Below the pieces are notes generated by a model. That model saw only the letters and a list, made by a program, of their open reading frames with translations, was not told where the DNA came from and made no database searches. The translations under genes and the position numbers were made by a program. Positions 1 through 14,305 of a stretch of 45,278 nt of DNA are shown here, piece after piece (the first letter of the stretch is position 1; each line of letters opens with the position of its first letter). Source of the stretch: Balamuthia mandrillaris (lineage: Eukaryota). The stretch lies in contig JAVKOQ020000002.1 in the NCBI GenBank assembly GCA_031835245.2, positions 620,001 to 665,278 of the forward strand. Reading direction: 5' to 3'.

Positions 1-2612
1 AAGCGAGCCGACGTGCTGGACACGGCCGCCAAGCTCGTGGTGGACATGTTCCCTGACCTGTGCCCCACCTACCTGGACGGGCTTTTGCAGGAGGGATGGA
101 GGACAGCCACCGCCAAGACGGGAGAGATCAGCCTAGAAAAGCTGCCGCAGGACATAGCCTTGCTCGCCACAGAGCAGGTCATGGAGAAGAGCAACTACCC
201 CAAACGCCCGCCGCCAGCCCTCTCTGCAACCTCCTCTTTGTCTTCTGCCACTACGACTGCCACTACTGTTTCTTCCTCTTCTTCATCTTCCTCATCCTCG
301 TCTTCCATAACATCTGGTTCTTTTACGCCTAAACATGCTGCACAGCACTACCGCAGCGCTGAGTTCGTGAACGAGCTTGCCAACCTTTCAGTGAGCTACT
401 ATCCTCAGTGGTACCATGGCGCACATCACGCTCTTCTTCTTTCTCATCGCTTCGTTTCTTCGCTTCTCTGATCCTTCTCTCTCTCACTCTCTCTCTCTCT
501 CTCGTTTCTTCTGTATACCAGCGAGATATACCTGGCCAACGACTATCCATGGGTGGCTCTGCCGGACATCCGCCGAATACTGCATCAGAACAAGCTCTCG
601 TACACTCTCACGAAGGACGCTTTGGAAGCCCTTCGGGAGTCTCCTGGCGATGCAAACAACGAGCACTCCAACTCCACTGCCTTAACACCTGGCCGAAAGC
701 GGCGCAGAACAAACGCTCCTTCCACGTTCAAAGGGCTACAGCCGTTGCAGCGTGCTCGTGCTCCAAAATACGTGCCCACCACCATTGATCCCGTTCTGAA
801 GGACGAGGTGGAGGCCTATCACTACTATGTGGCCAAGGAGCAGGAGGAACAGGACAAGCGGTTAGCGTTGGACCTCTCGAAGGATCTCTACGAGGAGGCT
901 GGTGGCTCCTTCATTGAGTGTGGATGTTGCTTTGGTGACTACGCCATTGAAGTGGTTCGTTTTATTTTCTGGTCTTCCCTTTATTGTTCTTCTGCTCTTG
1001 GTTCACCTCGTTCTCGTTCTCTCGTTTTACCTTGTCTTTTTTCTTGTATTTAACATGTTTATACCTGTTGTATCCCTACCATAACCAGATGGGACAATGT
1101 ACAGAAGGACATTTATTTTGTGGGGATTGTCTGAAATCTTACGCCCAAGAAACAGTGTTTGGTCAAGGCAAGACAAAACTACGTTGTATGGATGGAGGTG
1201 GGTGCGATGGCACTTTCCCTGACAACCAACTTCAAAAAGTGTTGCCACCTAGCGTGTTTGAGAAGTATCAGCAACGCCGCCAACAAGAGGAGATACGTAT
1301 GGTACTTATTACATTTTCCCTCATTTATCTATTCGTCTGCTTTTCCTATTTACTTTCTTATCATGAAAAAAAAAACGATACAGGCTTTTGAGTCAGATAC
1401 CAGTAAGTTGGTCGAATGTCCATTTTGTGATTTTAGGGCAGAGGTTTGCAACGAAGAAGACAAAGTTTTCAAGTGTCTTAACCCGGCTTGCATGAAAGAA
1501 AGTTGTAGATTATGTAAGGAGGAAAACCACATTCCTCTTCGGTAACGTCTTCCATCTTCCATTTACTTCCTTTTCGTCATCGTTCTTCTTCGCTACGCTT
1601 CTCTTATTATTTTCAAAAATAGATGTGAAGAGGTGGAAAAGAAAGCTCATCAGCAAGCACGTACCACTGTAGAGGAGAAAATGTCGGAAGCATTGATACG
1701 GACATGCCCCAAATGGTACGCACTTGACGCATACTTTACTGTCTTGGTCAGAGTTCATCACGAACCATCATTCATTCCATTTCAAAGCAACACAAAGTTT
1801 TTCAAGGAAGAAGGCTGCAATAAGATGACCTGCTCTTGCGGAGCATGTATGTCTCTCTTCACATTTCCCTTTTTTCAGTTTTACTCACTCGCCTTTTGTA
1901 CTCTCTTTTTCTCTTCTCACGTTTGTTTCTCTTCGCTCTTTTCTTATATGATTTCTTTCTCTCTTATTCTAGCAATTTGTTATATATGTAGGCAGCTGAT
2001 AAAAGGTTACGATCATTTCTGTCAGCACAACCGCAGCCTTCAACCCGTCTTTGGCCAATGTAAAGAATGGTACAATTCTCTCCTCTTCCGCTTCCTGTTT
2101 CTTTCCAAACGGTATTTTAAAATGCTTTCCCCTTTCTTCCACGAAAAATGTTTTATTACAGCAACAAGTGCTTTTTGTTTTTGACCAATACGGTTCAGTT
2201 GGATGCTGAATTGGTGCAGAAAGCTGCCATCACAACCGCTGAAGCGCTTAAGCAAGCCAATCCAGAGGTGCCACTTCTTTGCTTGCGTTCTTTTTATTTT
2301 TTGTCTCGTTGTAACTCTTTTTTTTTTCTTCCTCAAATTCACTACCATGCTAAATAGTTGGCGAATGTAAAACTGCCCATAACAACAACAACGGCAGCCA
2401 CAGCAGCAACAAAGAAAAAATCGAACAAGAACAATAAGAGAAGAAATAGGAACAATCGCCACAATCACCAACGAGTAATGCCACAACTACCACAACTGCC
2501 ACGACCCAGGGTGGCGGCGGCACCAGATGCAGAGGTGGTGGTGGTGAATGCAAACATCGGAAGAGGACGAGGAGGAGGAGGAGGGGCGGTGGGAAAGAGA
2601 AAGCGTGTCTAG
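1..2612 (+). CDS. RING-between-RING (RBR) E3 ubiquitin ligase, RNF216/TRIAD3-like; multi-exon, 5' end outside the window
   Basis: Spliced exons give RING1 (ECGCCF..QCTEGHLFCGDC..CMDGGGC), IBR (CPFCDF..CLNPACMKESCRLC..HIPLRC) and RING2 (CPKC..KEEGCNKMTCSCG..CYICR..YDHFC). Basic Gly-rich tail ends at TAG 2610-2612. Confidence 0.88.
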
Positions 2613-2890
2613 TGTACTTTTTCTTTCTTCTCTTCTTTCTCACTTGTGCGCACTCAGTTATAATAGGTTGGAATTCTTAACAAATCTACTAGAATATTAG
2701 GTGAGGAATAAAAAGGTGCCCCTTCGCGCAAGAACGGAAAAAAAAAAAGGTACTTTTCACAACAACTCAGTGAATATTCACCCAACCAACCCACAACGCT
2801 CTTTCAGACCCTTTTTCTCACCGCTTGTACCAAACAAACACAAACTACCACCTGCTGCGGAAAACAGAAGTTTTAAAACATAAGTCAACA

Positions 2891-5787
2891 ATGGAGGGTA
2901 CAAGGAGGTCTTACACTGTTGGTTCCAACAGCAGAGTGCAAGTTGTACATAGCCCTTCTCCCAACAACGCTGCTTCTCCTGCTTTTGGAGTATCTTCTAC
3001 TGCTACTCCCCCTCTTGCTGCTGGTGGTCTCTTTGGACAACATCAAGAAAGCCCTGGTATTAGGCACTCCATCGCCACCTCAACTTTTAGCGGCGGCATC
3101 CAAAGTCAGACTATTGGGCGTAGACCACAACCTCTTAAAGCTGGTGGAGGGAAAAGCATCAGTCCAAGAGGAAGAGACGATGGCTCCGGAACAGCATCAG
3201 CTGAAGACAAAACTAGATTCAATGGTACAAGAACAGCAGCTCCTGCACGAAAGAGCGTTGCTATCATGACCCCTTCTATTACTTCTCATCATGCCCCTTC
3301 ATTCTCGTCCTCAACTCCAGCTTCACCTATGTATTTCTCTGCTGCCACTCATGAAACTCGTCTCCCTACTTCTTCCTCAGCTTCTTCTCAGTCTTCTAAT
3401 CTTCGTCGCAACCTTCATCATTCCTCTTCTTCCGCCTCTTTTTCCAGTTCCTCGTCTTCTCTTCACCATCAAACCCCCACCGAACCTCTGAAACATCGTA
3501 TACCTTCCATCGATGCAAGAGACCAAGCAGAAGAAAGTAACAACAAGACAGCAGGAGGACTGGCCAAAGGGCTAGTGGAGCAATGCACTGTTATCTCCCA
3601 AAAGGGCAACTTTTTGGTCAACATAATGAGAGCCGAAGCCAGCAAACCGGCGTCACAGCAGTTTGATGCAGAGGTGTTGGCTGTTCTTGTGGCCGAGATG
3701 AAGAAGGTCGCGGCAGCCACCACCCAAATTAGCGACCTGTTGGATGGGCTTTTGCAGTTCGAGGGCTTTGAGGCTGCCGAACTTATAGGAAAAGGTATTC
3801 GTTTCCATTGTTGTTTCGTTTTTGTAGTTCTTTTGTCTTATCTCTTTGTTTCGCTTCCAACAGAATTTCCGGAAGCCATAAAACGATTTATTGAGCTATG
3901 CAAGACCGCTATACAAAACAAAACTCCCACAGACTTTACAGGTAGGACCCCTTCCTATTTTTTTCTTTTGTACTCTCTTCTGATCTCTTCTCTGCTTTCT
4001 ACTTGATTCCGTCCTTTTATCTTATTTGTGATAACAATGCAACAGCAACCGAAGGAGGCTTCGAGAAGATAAAGTGGATTATCAGTCGCATCATTAGTAA
4101 AGTGGACAGCTGGCGAGTCTCCTACGAGCAAGAACAAAAGGAGAAGCAACGCCCCGCGGCTCTCTCAGCCGTCAACAGGATGGCCGCTGAGATAACGAGA
4201 GACATCGTGGAGCTTACCAAAGCGGCAGACAACAAGGAGAGGGAGGTCGTCATTCAACGCACAAAAAACACGTTGAACTCGCTCAACCAGTTGGGTAACT
4301 ATGCTAAAGATGCAGGCTTGGAAGAGGAGGCTTATACCTTGCGTGAAGCTGCGAAGGAGTTCATCGCTGCTGCGACAGTTAGGTACGATGAACAAATGCA
4401 ATAATCACAAAAACACATATGACTGACCAAAAACGAAAGAGTCGAAAACAAAGGCGATGATGCAGCGGAGTTAAAGGTTGCTCTTACTAAGATCAAAAAG
4501 GCTATCGAGTCGCTGATAGAAGCCGCCAAAATGGCCCGAACGCACGTTCAACGGGCGTCCTTCGTCCGCGAAAAACAAAAAGGTGTTTCCAAAGAGACCA
4601 AACAGATCCTCGAGACAAGAGCCAGCGTTGTCAAAGAGCTCTTTGAGACGGAAAACACATATCTCGTGCAACTGCGCCTCTTACTCAAAGCCTTTGTCAA
4701 CCCCTTGCAAGAACTTCTCTCCAACAACAAGAAGACCGAAGACACAAATGTACAAAAGTACTTGAAGCACCCCTCCGTGTTAGCATGTCTGAATGCGTTG
4801 CCTCTCATAGCAGACCTAACCGACAAGATTCGTGATGGCATTCTCACACGTATGGCCAGAAACGATCCAGACTTGGGCATGATCTTCTTGGAGCTCGCTC
4901 CTTCGTTGCACATCTACCAAGAATACGTCAATAACTACGGCGTGGCTTTAGTCAAGCTGGAGGAGTGCAGAAAGAAAAAGTGCAAGGCCTATGTGCGCTT
5001 GGAAAGAAAGTTTTGCAAGGAGAGCGAGTCTGCTGACATAACGGCCTTCTTGATCCTTCCCATTCAACGACCGCCGAGATACGAGCTGCTCTTGAAGGAG
5101 GTCTGCAAGAACACGTTGGAGGACAGCGAGAGCTTTGCCAACTTGAAGATGGCGTTGAGCAAGATCACCGTAATCAACAATACCATCAATCTGCGCAAGA
5201 AGGAGGCAGAGAATCGAGAGAAGATTCAGGCCATACAAAAGTCTCTCCATTTCAAGAAACAGGATCAACGAGTGGACTTGTTGATGGCGGGACGTCTCTT
5301 TGTGAGAGAAGGACGTTTGGATCAGGTCAAAGACAAAGTCATTGGCAGTGGTCACAAGGTGGAGAAGACCTTTCACTGGTTCATGTTCAATGACATCTTG
5401 GTCAAGACAGTTCCTATCACTGGGCTCTTTTCTTCTTCAGGCGGGGATGGAGAGAGACAACGGTCGAGCTTTCGGTTCAAGGCTTGCATTCCTTTCGAGT
5501 CTTGTACGTTGGAGGACGTTCCCGATGACGAGAAAGGAGGAATGAGGCACATGTTCACGTTGGTGCCGGATGAAGTGTTGAAGGAAACGGATGTGAAGAA
5601 ACAGAAGAAGAAGAGGAAGCAGCTTTGTCACCGTGTGAGCTGTCTTTCAGAGGACGAGAAGACGTCCTGGACGAAGGAGATTGCGAATGCTATCAGCGTT
5701 AATAAGTTGATGAAGGAAGTTACAACGGAGAGCAGTGGTGGAGATGAGAGGGAGAGAAATGGAAGCGCCACCATCTTTTCTGTTTAA
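2891..5787 (+). CDS. Dbl-family RhoGEF (DH-PH) with Ser-rich N-terminus and helical middle region; multi-exon
   Basis: DH motifs VVKELFETENTYLVQL and FLILPIQRPPRYELLLKEV; PH motifs RLFVREG, FMFNDILV, EKTSWTKEI. ATG at 2891; GT-AG introns near 3796, 3942 and 4380. Confidence 0.9.
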
Positions 5788-5910
5788 TGTTCGTTATATC
5801 TTTTTTTTTTTTTCCTCAGATGTAGATACCAGAGCAACTGTTCTCTTGTAAGCATGGAATATAGTAATTTAAGAAGTAACTGTATTTTCTTTCGTAAATG
5901 GCAGCAGGCG

Positions 5911-6144
5911 TTATACCCAAACATCGCGTTGGTATCGGTGATCGTTTTCCAAGCCACGCATGTAGGCAGCAGCGCCATCCGCATCGCAGCCTTGCTGCTC
6001 TTCGATGATGGAGAGCAACGCTGCGTGTACGTCCCCAGCCATGTACTTGGCATCTCCGCAGACGTACACATGAGCTCCATTCTGTTGAATGAAAGAGAAA
6101 AAACGAACAAAACGAATGCGAATGAATACCATCAAAACAGTGTG

Positions 6145-6187
<43 letters not shown>

Positions 6188-6441
6188 TGACCTCAAGGAG
6201 TTGCCAAATCTTTTCTGAGTCTTCTTGGATGAGATGTTGCACGTAAACTTTTTGCTTCTGGTCTCTGGAAAAGGCGGTGCGAAGAGTAAGCTTCCCTGCT
6301 TTCTCCAATGCTTTGAACTCATCCCTGTAGAGGAAATCGCAAGAGCTGTAACGGCATCCAAAGTAGAGCATGTTCTCTCCGGTTGCCTCTTTCGCTATCC
6401 GTTCCTGTAGTATTGAATGAGAAAGAAAAGAAACAAGAGAA

Positions 6442-6493
<52 letters not shown>

Positions 6494-8507
6494 GAGAGAT
6501 AAGCACCGTTAGTTCTGATAAATGAAAGTATAGATAATGAGAGAGAACGGAGACCAACCTGTAAGAAAGCACGGAAAGGAGCAATACCCGTGCCAGGTCC
6601 TATCATAATGATAGGCACATGTCCCTCCAAAGGTAACCGAAAGTGTTCATTCCTGCTGATGAAAACCGGCAAACGATCACCAACACTCGTACGATCCGCC
6701 AAAAAGGTGGTGGTAACGCCACTTCTCTCTTTGTTCAACGTGCGATAACGAACGACAGCTGCTGTAATGTTGAGCTTCAATATCTTGTTCTCCTCATCTT
6801 CATCTTCATTATAGCCACATAACGGTGAGGAGGAGATACTGTAATAACGAGGCTGCATTCGACGCATGTTGCCCAACAATTGTATAATGGAAAGAGAAGC
6901 AGAAGAAGAAGCAACATCGAAAGAGAGCTCAGAAAAGGTACTGGGAAAGTCTTCCAAGACGTCAATGACTTCTCTAAGTTCCAAGTACTCTTTCAACTTG
7001 TCGTTATCTTTCAAAAACAACCGTTTGCCGTTCACGTGTTCCACTTTGCCGTTCAACAACGTTTGGAAGATGTTACCGGTGCTTTCGTCCGTTCCATCTG
7101 TGGTGGATGTTGTCAATAACAGCTCTTCCATCTTTTGAAGCTCGGATTCGGAACGAATGTGCTTCGCAACCATCTTCAAGAAGTCCAGTTTCACCGTTTT
7201 CAAGTCGTAGTAATGCATAAGTGCATCCTTCAAAGATATCTCCAACTCCTTTTTGCTCAGCTGCTTTTTTCTTTCCTCTTCTTCCTCCAAAATGTTGATT
7301 CGAAAGTTAGAAGAATGAGGGATGTTGACGATGACTTTGTCTGCTTGTTTCGAGCTGATGTTGAGTGCATTTAGAATGTTTTGCACATCTTTTGGATTGT
7401 TGGAGGGATAAATGCCGAGAGCATCACCGGAAGTATAGTTGATGTCTTTGCCGACGTCTATTTCCACGTGAACTACTTGATTGTAGTCCAGCTCATCCTC
7501 TTCTGGTTTGCCGGTGTTTGGAGTTAAGTTGCGCATCTCGAGGATGGTGCCCCAGTATGGCGCATTCCTGTTGTACTTCTCCGCAGATGAACTGCTCTCT
7601 GATGGACTAGAAACGACGAAAGTAAATAACGTGTAAAAAAGGAAGAGAACCGAAGAAGAAGAAGAAGAAGCACAAGATGAAGAAGAAGAAGAAGAAGAAG
7701 AAGAAGAAGAACAAGAAGAACGAGAGAAAGAAGCCTTTCAGCAAGACAAAGAGAATATGTACTTGCGGGAGGTGATGTAATCTTGACGAGACTCGATATC
7801 AAGGGTTGGTAAGAGGGCAACCAAGTTGTCAATCCACTGATCTATCACCAACCAGTCCTCTTGATCCACATCTCCTCTTTTCTCAACGCAGTGTGCCCCC
7901 AACTCTGTCAGTATAAAATTAAACAGATTAATGCAGTGAAGAAATGGAGAACTACTGAAGGGAGAAGAGTAAAGAGAAAAAACAGAAAAGAAGAGAGAAC
8001 CTGCAAACTTGTCGTGAAGAGCACGACCAGCCCTGCAAAAATGGAGATAATTGGAATCACCAAGAGCCAACACCGAGTATCGCAAATGCGAAAGCGAGAC
8101 GTCGTTCTTGTCCAGAGCGAGAAAAGCGTCATAGAAGGGACGTGCTTCGGCCGGTGGATCGCCATCACCTGCTGTGCTGCATACCACCAGCACTACCTTT
8201 GCTCGAAGATAAGAAGAAAGAAGAAAGAAGTGAAAGAAGAAAGCAGAAGAAAGAGAAACAAACTTGTTCTTTGTGAAGATCAAAAGAGTCTTTGTCTCGC
8301 AGGTTGAAGAGACGTGGCTGCAAGTTATGCTCCTCCGGGTCCAAGTCATATATTCGATCAAACAGCTTCTTGCTGACCTCTTCTCCGAAACCATACTCGG
8401 TGCCATACACTATCAACACTTGTTTGCCTTCTTCCGCGTAGACTCTACTATACTTCTCAGCTATGGTGGTTTATTTTTGAGTTCATTACCGTCAAACATT
8501 ACACATT

Positions 8508-8546
<39 letters not shown>

Positions 8547-8774
8547 GAGAGTAATGAGCAGGGAGCGGAGAGAGAAGTAAACGAAAAGTGAAAAAGAGAG
8601 AGGGGTACCTGCGGCGTTGTTTTTTGGAAGGAGCAGCGCATCGTCTTCGTCTTCCGTGTCATCAATGAACATGTCAATACTCCCACCGTTTTGCTGGGAA
8701 GTCGGACGAAGAGTGATGGCCACAAACAGGATCACCGCCACCAAAACAACCACTGCGATCAAGCCCCAAAACAT
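5911..8774 (-). CDS. Membrane-anchored NADPH-dependent diflavin oxidoreductase (cytochrome P450 reductase / sulfite reductase flavoprotein family); multi-exon
   Basis: N-terminal TM helix MFWGLIAVVVLVAVILFV; flavodoxin motifs YGTEYG, STAGDGDPP, LGDSNY; FAD motif PRYYSISSS; NADPH motifs MIGPGTGIAPFR, YFGCR, AFSR, VYVQH, YVCGDA; C-terminus YQRDVWV*. Confidence 0.92.
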
Positions 8775-9183
8775 CTCTGCTTTCTGTCTTCCTCCTCTCT
8801 CTCTCACTCTTGCAAATTGTTATATATAACGTTGTTTGTTGTATATTCTTCGGAATAATAGCGAAATGTTACTCGGCGTTTTTTTTTCTTTTACCTGGGA
8901 AATTTCCTACTAGAACTGCTCACGTGCTGCAGGGTTTGACCAGCTTAAAGAATCTAGGGAATCCGAAAAATGAAAGGAACGTTTCGTAAAATTCATCAAG
9001 GGGAACCCTCGATCATTGATTTAATTCCCCTTTTTTCCTTTTTTCTCATGTCCTTAAAATAAATTTTTTGGTTTGGAGAAAGAAGAAAAGCAAACAAACA
9101 CCCGATCGACCAGCGTTTCTTCCTTTCTGCTGCTACTTGAACGTTTGGAGGGCTTTAAAGTCAGTACTGCACGCACATACAAA

Positions 9184-10643
9184 ATGCTTCGTTCCACTTC
9201 TCGCTTAGCAGTCCCTAGGGTTGGGTACGCACTCAGACGATGTTTTTTTTTTGCTACTCTTTTTCGTTTTCCTCCTTATTGTTGTCGACGAGGGGGATTA
9301 CGCTCACGACGATCGTACATTGTGACCCTCTTCTCTCCCTTTTATTCATGCGGTTGCAACAACAGGTACCAACCCATGGTGGCTGCTCTCCCTCGCGGTC
9401 ACCTCCAGCAAAAGGCTTTCGCCTCCACTGCTACCGAGTTTTCCAAGCACGCCAACCTGCTGAAGAAGTTGGGCCTGAGCGAGGAAAACGAAGGTGCTTG
9501 TGTGGAGGGCAAGTGGCAGGGCAAAGGGCCTGTCTTGGAGTCCATCTCTCCCGCCACCGGCAAAGTCATTGCCACCGTCAAATCTGTACGTTGGCACCTC
9601 CATTTTGTTCGCCTATATTGGATGCATGCACTGATGCTTTGTTTTTTTCCTCCTCGTTTGATCTGTTTTGCAAACTATGCAGGGCACCGTCGAGCAATTC
9701 AACGAGAGCGTGAAGGCTGCCAAAGAAGCCGAGAAAATATGGGCTGAGGTAACGTTTGGCTTGTCGCTTTGTTCGCTATCCTCTGTCCCCAATTTCTCTG
9801 TTCCGTTTTTGATCTGAAGAAGAATGTGCTTGCTTACATTTAATGTCACGTACGACACAGATGCCTGCACCTGCTCGTGGGGAAATTGTTCGTCAAATCG
9901 GAGAAGCTCTCAGAGAAAACCTGGAAAGCTTGGGTTCTCTTGTTTCTCTGGAAGTGGGCAAGATTAAGGCGGAAGGTATTGGTGAGGTGCAAGAGTTTGT
10001 AGACATTTGCGACTACGCTGTTGGCCTCAGCCGAATGTTTGACGGCAAAGTCTTTCCTTCCGAAAGTAAGTCTTCACACTTTCAGCTGGATTTTTTCTTC
10101 TTTCTAGGGGTATTGAGCAAGACTAATTCTTTCCTTCGTTCGGAAAATAAAAAGGGAAAGAGCATTTCATGATGGAGCAATACCATCCACTTGGCGCCAC
10201 CGGCGTCATTACAGCGTTCAACTTTCCCGTTGCTGTCTTAGGTTTGTGTTTTACTTTCTTTCTCGATTGGATATCGCAAACAGAAGTACTGACCTGCTTT
10301 TCTTTAGGCTGGAATGCTGCCCTTGCATTGGTCTGTGGTAACCCTATCATCTGGAAAGGAGCGCCATCCACTCCCCTGACAACCATCGCCACGGCACGTA
10401 TCGTTCAGCAAGTGTTGGAAAAGAACAAGTTGCCCACTGGCATCCTTTCCACTTTCACTGGTGGGGCTGAAATTGGAGAAGCAATCAGCCATGATGAACG
10501 CATTCCCCTTGTCTCCTTCACTGGCAGTACTCAGGTACGTTCTTTTTTAACTTTTGTATGATAACGATTTTCACTGCTTTGTTTTTTTCAGGTTGGTCGT
10601 AAAGTCAGCGAGGTGGTATCAAGGAGATTCGGTACTTCTTTTG

Positions 10644-10681
<38 letters not shown>

Positions 10682-11860
10682 CTAACACAGTTATTTTAAT
10701 ACGTAAATAGGACGCAGCATTCTCGAGTTGGGTGGCAACAACGCAGTAGTTGTAATGGACGATGCCGACTTGGACTTGGCTGTGCGCGCTGTTCTTTTCG
10801 CTGCTGTTGGCACTGCTGGGCAACGATGTACTTCGGCTCGTAGATTGGTACTGCCCTCTATTCCCCTATATTTTTGTGTTTTGTTCCGTCGAAACTGATG
10901 ATAGAATGTCATGTGTTATAGTTCTTGCATGAGAAGATCAGAGACGAATTCATGGAGAAATTGTTGAAGGCGTACAAGTCCGTTCCTATCGGTGATCCTC
11001 TGGACTCTAAGACTCTTTGTGGACCTGTCCACCGCGCTTCCTCTGTGGACCTCTACAAGAAGGTCGTTCAGTCTGTTAAAGATCAGGTATGGTTTTTTTT
11101 TTTCGTTGCTCTATCTCCTTTCATTTTTCTTATCTCTGGTTATTTGTTGTTTAAATAGGGAGGAAAGATTCTCTATGGTGGTAAAGTGTTGGACCGACCG
11201 GGCTACTATGTGGAACCTACTATCACATCCGTAAGCCCTGACTCCGATGTTGTACAGAATGAGTCATTCGTGCCTATCTTGCACACAATGACCTTCAACG
11301 TACGTTTTCCTTGCTGTTGTAACTTTTGTAGTTTTTTTCGTCCAAATTATCTTATGGCATTTGTACCTTTGTAGAATTTGGAGCAAGCCATCGAGTGGAA
11401 CAACCAAGTTAAGCAAGGACTCAGCAGCAGTCTCTTTACCACTAACCAACAGAATGTCTTCAAGTGGACTGGGTTTGTCTCCTACTTTTTCTTCTTCTCC
11501 TGTCTTCTTTTCTGCTTTATTTATTGCTTACTCTGTCTTCCCAGGCCACGAGGATCGGATTGCGGTATCGTCAACATTAACATTGGCACCAGCGGTGCCG
11601 AAATCGGAGGCGCGTTTGGTGGCAACAAAGAGACTGGTGGCGGACGCGAGTCTGGCAGCGACTCTTGGAAGCAATATATGCGGCGCAACACCTGGTATAG
11701 CTTTTTTTCTTTCCTTTCATTCTCTACTCTTTGTATCTGCCACTCTATCCTCTTCTGCTGCAAGCTTAGAGATGTACGTGCACTAACGTGTGTGATATAT
11801 AATAGCACCATCAATTACGGCAAGAGTCTTCCACTTGCTCAAGGCATTAACTTTGGATAA
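9184..11860 (+). CDS. ALDH7A1: Aldehyde dehydrogenase family 7 (antiquitin / alpha-aminoadipic semialdehyde dehydrogenase), probable mitochondrial presequence; intron-rich
   Basis: ALDH7 signatures [96 protein letters not shown] and the terminal [10 protein letters not shown]. Confidence 0.96.
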
Positions 11861-12386
11861 ACAATATTTCCCTTCATCCAAAACGCATAGATATCAAAAA
11901 CAAAACAAATAAGCAATAAAAGAACAGTTTACCAAGCCATTTACACCTATGCCAGTACTCTGCAGGTTAATTCCTTTATTTTTCTTTCTTGGTTTTGTTG
12001 CTTTGAGCTCTTTGTTGTGCAGGCACGGAATCCAAAAGTACGGCAATTGGTTTGATTTGTTCTGTTCACCGCTAATCTCTGCTCTTTACTTTTGTTGAGG
12101 AGGAAAAAGCAGGTGATTAGTAAAAAGTTGATTAATTTTGCGCAGGTTTCGGGAGCAGAAACCACCTGCGAAGAACATGTTTACGATGACGTTATTACTA
12201 TTCAATTCCTCCTTTACATATCTGCCCAAAGGAAATGTTGTTAGTTGAACAGCAAGTTTGGGAGCAGTGTAATCTGTTCTTTATGATAAAGATAGAGTTA
12301 TGGAAACCACGCAGATTGAACTTTTGCAGGCCGGGGCGAAACACTTCGGTTCTTTATTTGTTGACTAATCTTCTAGTGTGAGTACA

Positions 12387-12576
12387 ATGTGCAAACACGA
12401 CAGCAGGTTACGCTCTTTGTTACAGCTGCTGCTGGTTTTAACCTTTGGTTTATTCTTTTTGGCGGAGAGGGTAGAGGGCCAACACTGTGAAAGGTGGAGT
12501 GGAAGCCCGGAATACTGTGCACAATTTGAACAATGGCAAGGTTTGAACTGTTTCTCTTATCTTTTCCTTGTTGATT

Positions 12577-12629
<53 letters not shown>

Positions 12630-13144
12630 CGCTCGCTCGCTCGCTCTCTTTCTCTTTAGTTGCATAAATAACCAAATGAACAACAGATCCGGAGGTGATG
12701 ATATACGTTCCAGCTTCTGATACACTCTCTTACTTGGAAGAGTATGTCAATCAGGCCATTAACTTCGTGGGTGCTGTTGGCGATGACGGTTCTGCTGATG
12801 CCAAATGCAACCGCCTTTGGGCACGTCTGGTGTGCGCAACATTCTTGAGACCTTGTTCTCACTATAAAAACCAAAGTAAGTTGTTTTTCTTATTATTCGT
12901 GTCTCATTTCCCGTAGTTTGTGGGTTGTTTTGCCTTCTTCTTATCCTTGTCGTTTTTGTCCTAGCTTTACTCCTCTATGTGACTTATATTTCAATACTAA
13001 AACGATCGTTTACTACAGCCGAGAATTCGATAGCATACCTTCCTACCCCCGTTCAACTTTGTGCTGACATTTGTCGAGGGTTTTGTACGTTTTTATTTTA
13101 ATGTAAGCCTTAAGATAAAAGGCGAGAGAGAGAGAGAGAGAGAC

Positions 13145-13176
<32 letters not shown>

Positions 13177-14262
13177 TACAAGTAGCTAACATGGCACTGA
13201 ATCGTTGCACCATAGTGGATCAGTGTACCGCGTATTTTGACAGCTTAAACTTTCCTGTTGGAATTGGGTTGTACTTTCCGCCTAACTCTTCAGCACCGCT
13301 CACTTGCCAAGAACAGGACACCAACGGAGAATCTTTCTATCAGACTGCAAATTACACTGTAGCGGTTTCTCTTCCCAACCAAACGCAAACAATATACCAC
13401 GACATGCAGTGCAATAATATGGCGACCAGGAATGGCTCTTATGTGATATGTGAGGAGCCACTTTATACTCTTGAAAAGAGCAATGAATGCGGCTTTATAT
13501 GTCCTTTACCCTCTTACAACGACGGGCAATTGGATAGCATTAAAGTGTTGCAATTAGTGCTAGGCTGGTTTTCATGGGTTCGTCTTCTTCTTCGTTATCA
13601 TCAGCCCTGTGCTTTTTGCTTCTTTGCTATTCACATTTTAGAATAATGCCATACTTATTGACGAATGGAAATGTATAGGGTGGCAGTTTAGTAGTGTTAT
13701 TATCTTATGCATTACACAACAAGCTTCGCCAATTTCCATCAAATCTTATCCTGATGACGGCAGTGGCCGCACATGCAGAATCAGTGGGCATGATTCTTCC
13801 AACGTTCTTTGGTTACGACAACACTTGGTGTAGCTTTGACACCACTTACCTGATGCCAAACAGTTATGTGGAGAATCGGATGCTCACCGTCGACTTTGAC
13901 ATCGAAGCTCTGACGGTTAACTCGGGGCTTTGTACGTTCCAAGGGTGGTTGGTACAAATGGCATTTTTGTCTAGTACCATGTGGTGGGGTATTGTAGCTT
14001 GCAACATGTTCCTTTCTGTACGTTTACTCTCCCTCGCTCGCGCGCTCTCTCCCTCTCTCACTCTATCTACCTTTCTCTTTTATTAACCTCATGTATTGTG
14101 ACAACAGGTGTTCTTTGGAAAAAAGCTACCAACTACCAAGGCATGGAACATTGGTCTTCAAGTAACTTTTCATGTGTGCGGCTGGGTTGTACCTGTCGTT
14201 CTCATGACGATTCCTGCCGCTGCTGGGCAAATCGGGTTCGCTCCAGGTGCCTCTTTGTACGG

Positions 14263-14305
<43 letters not shown>

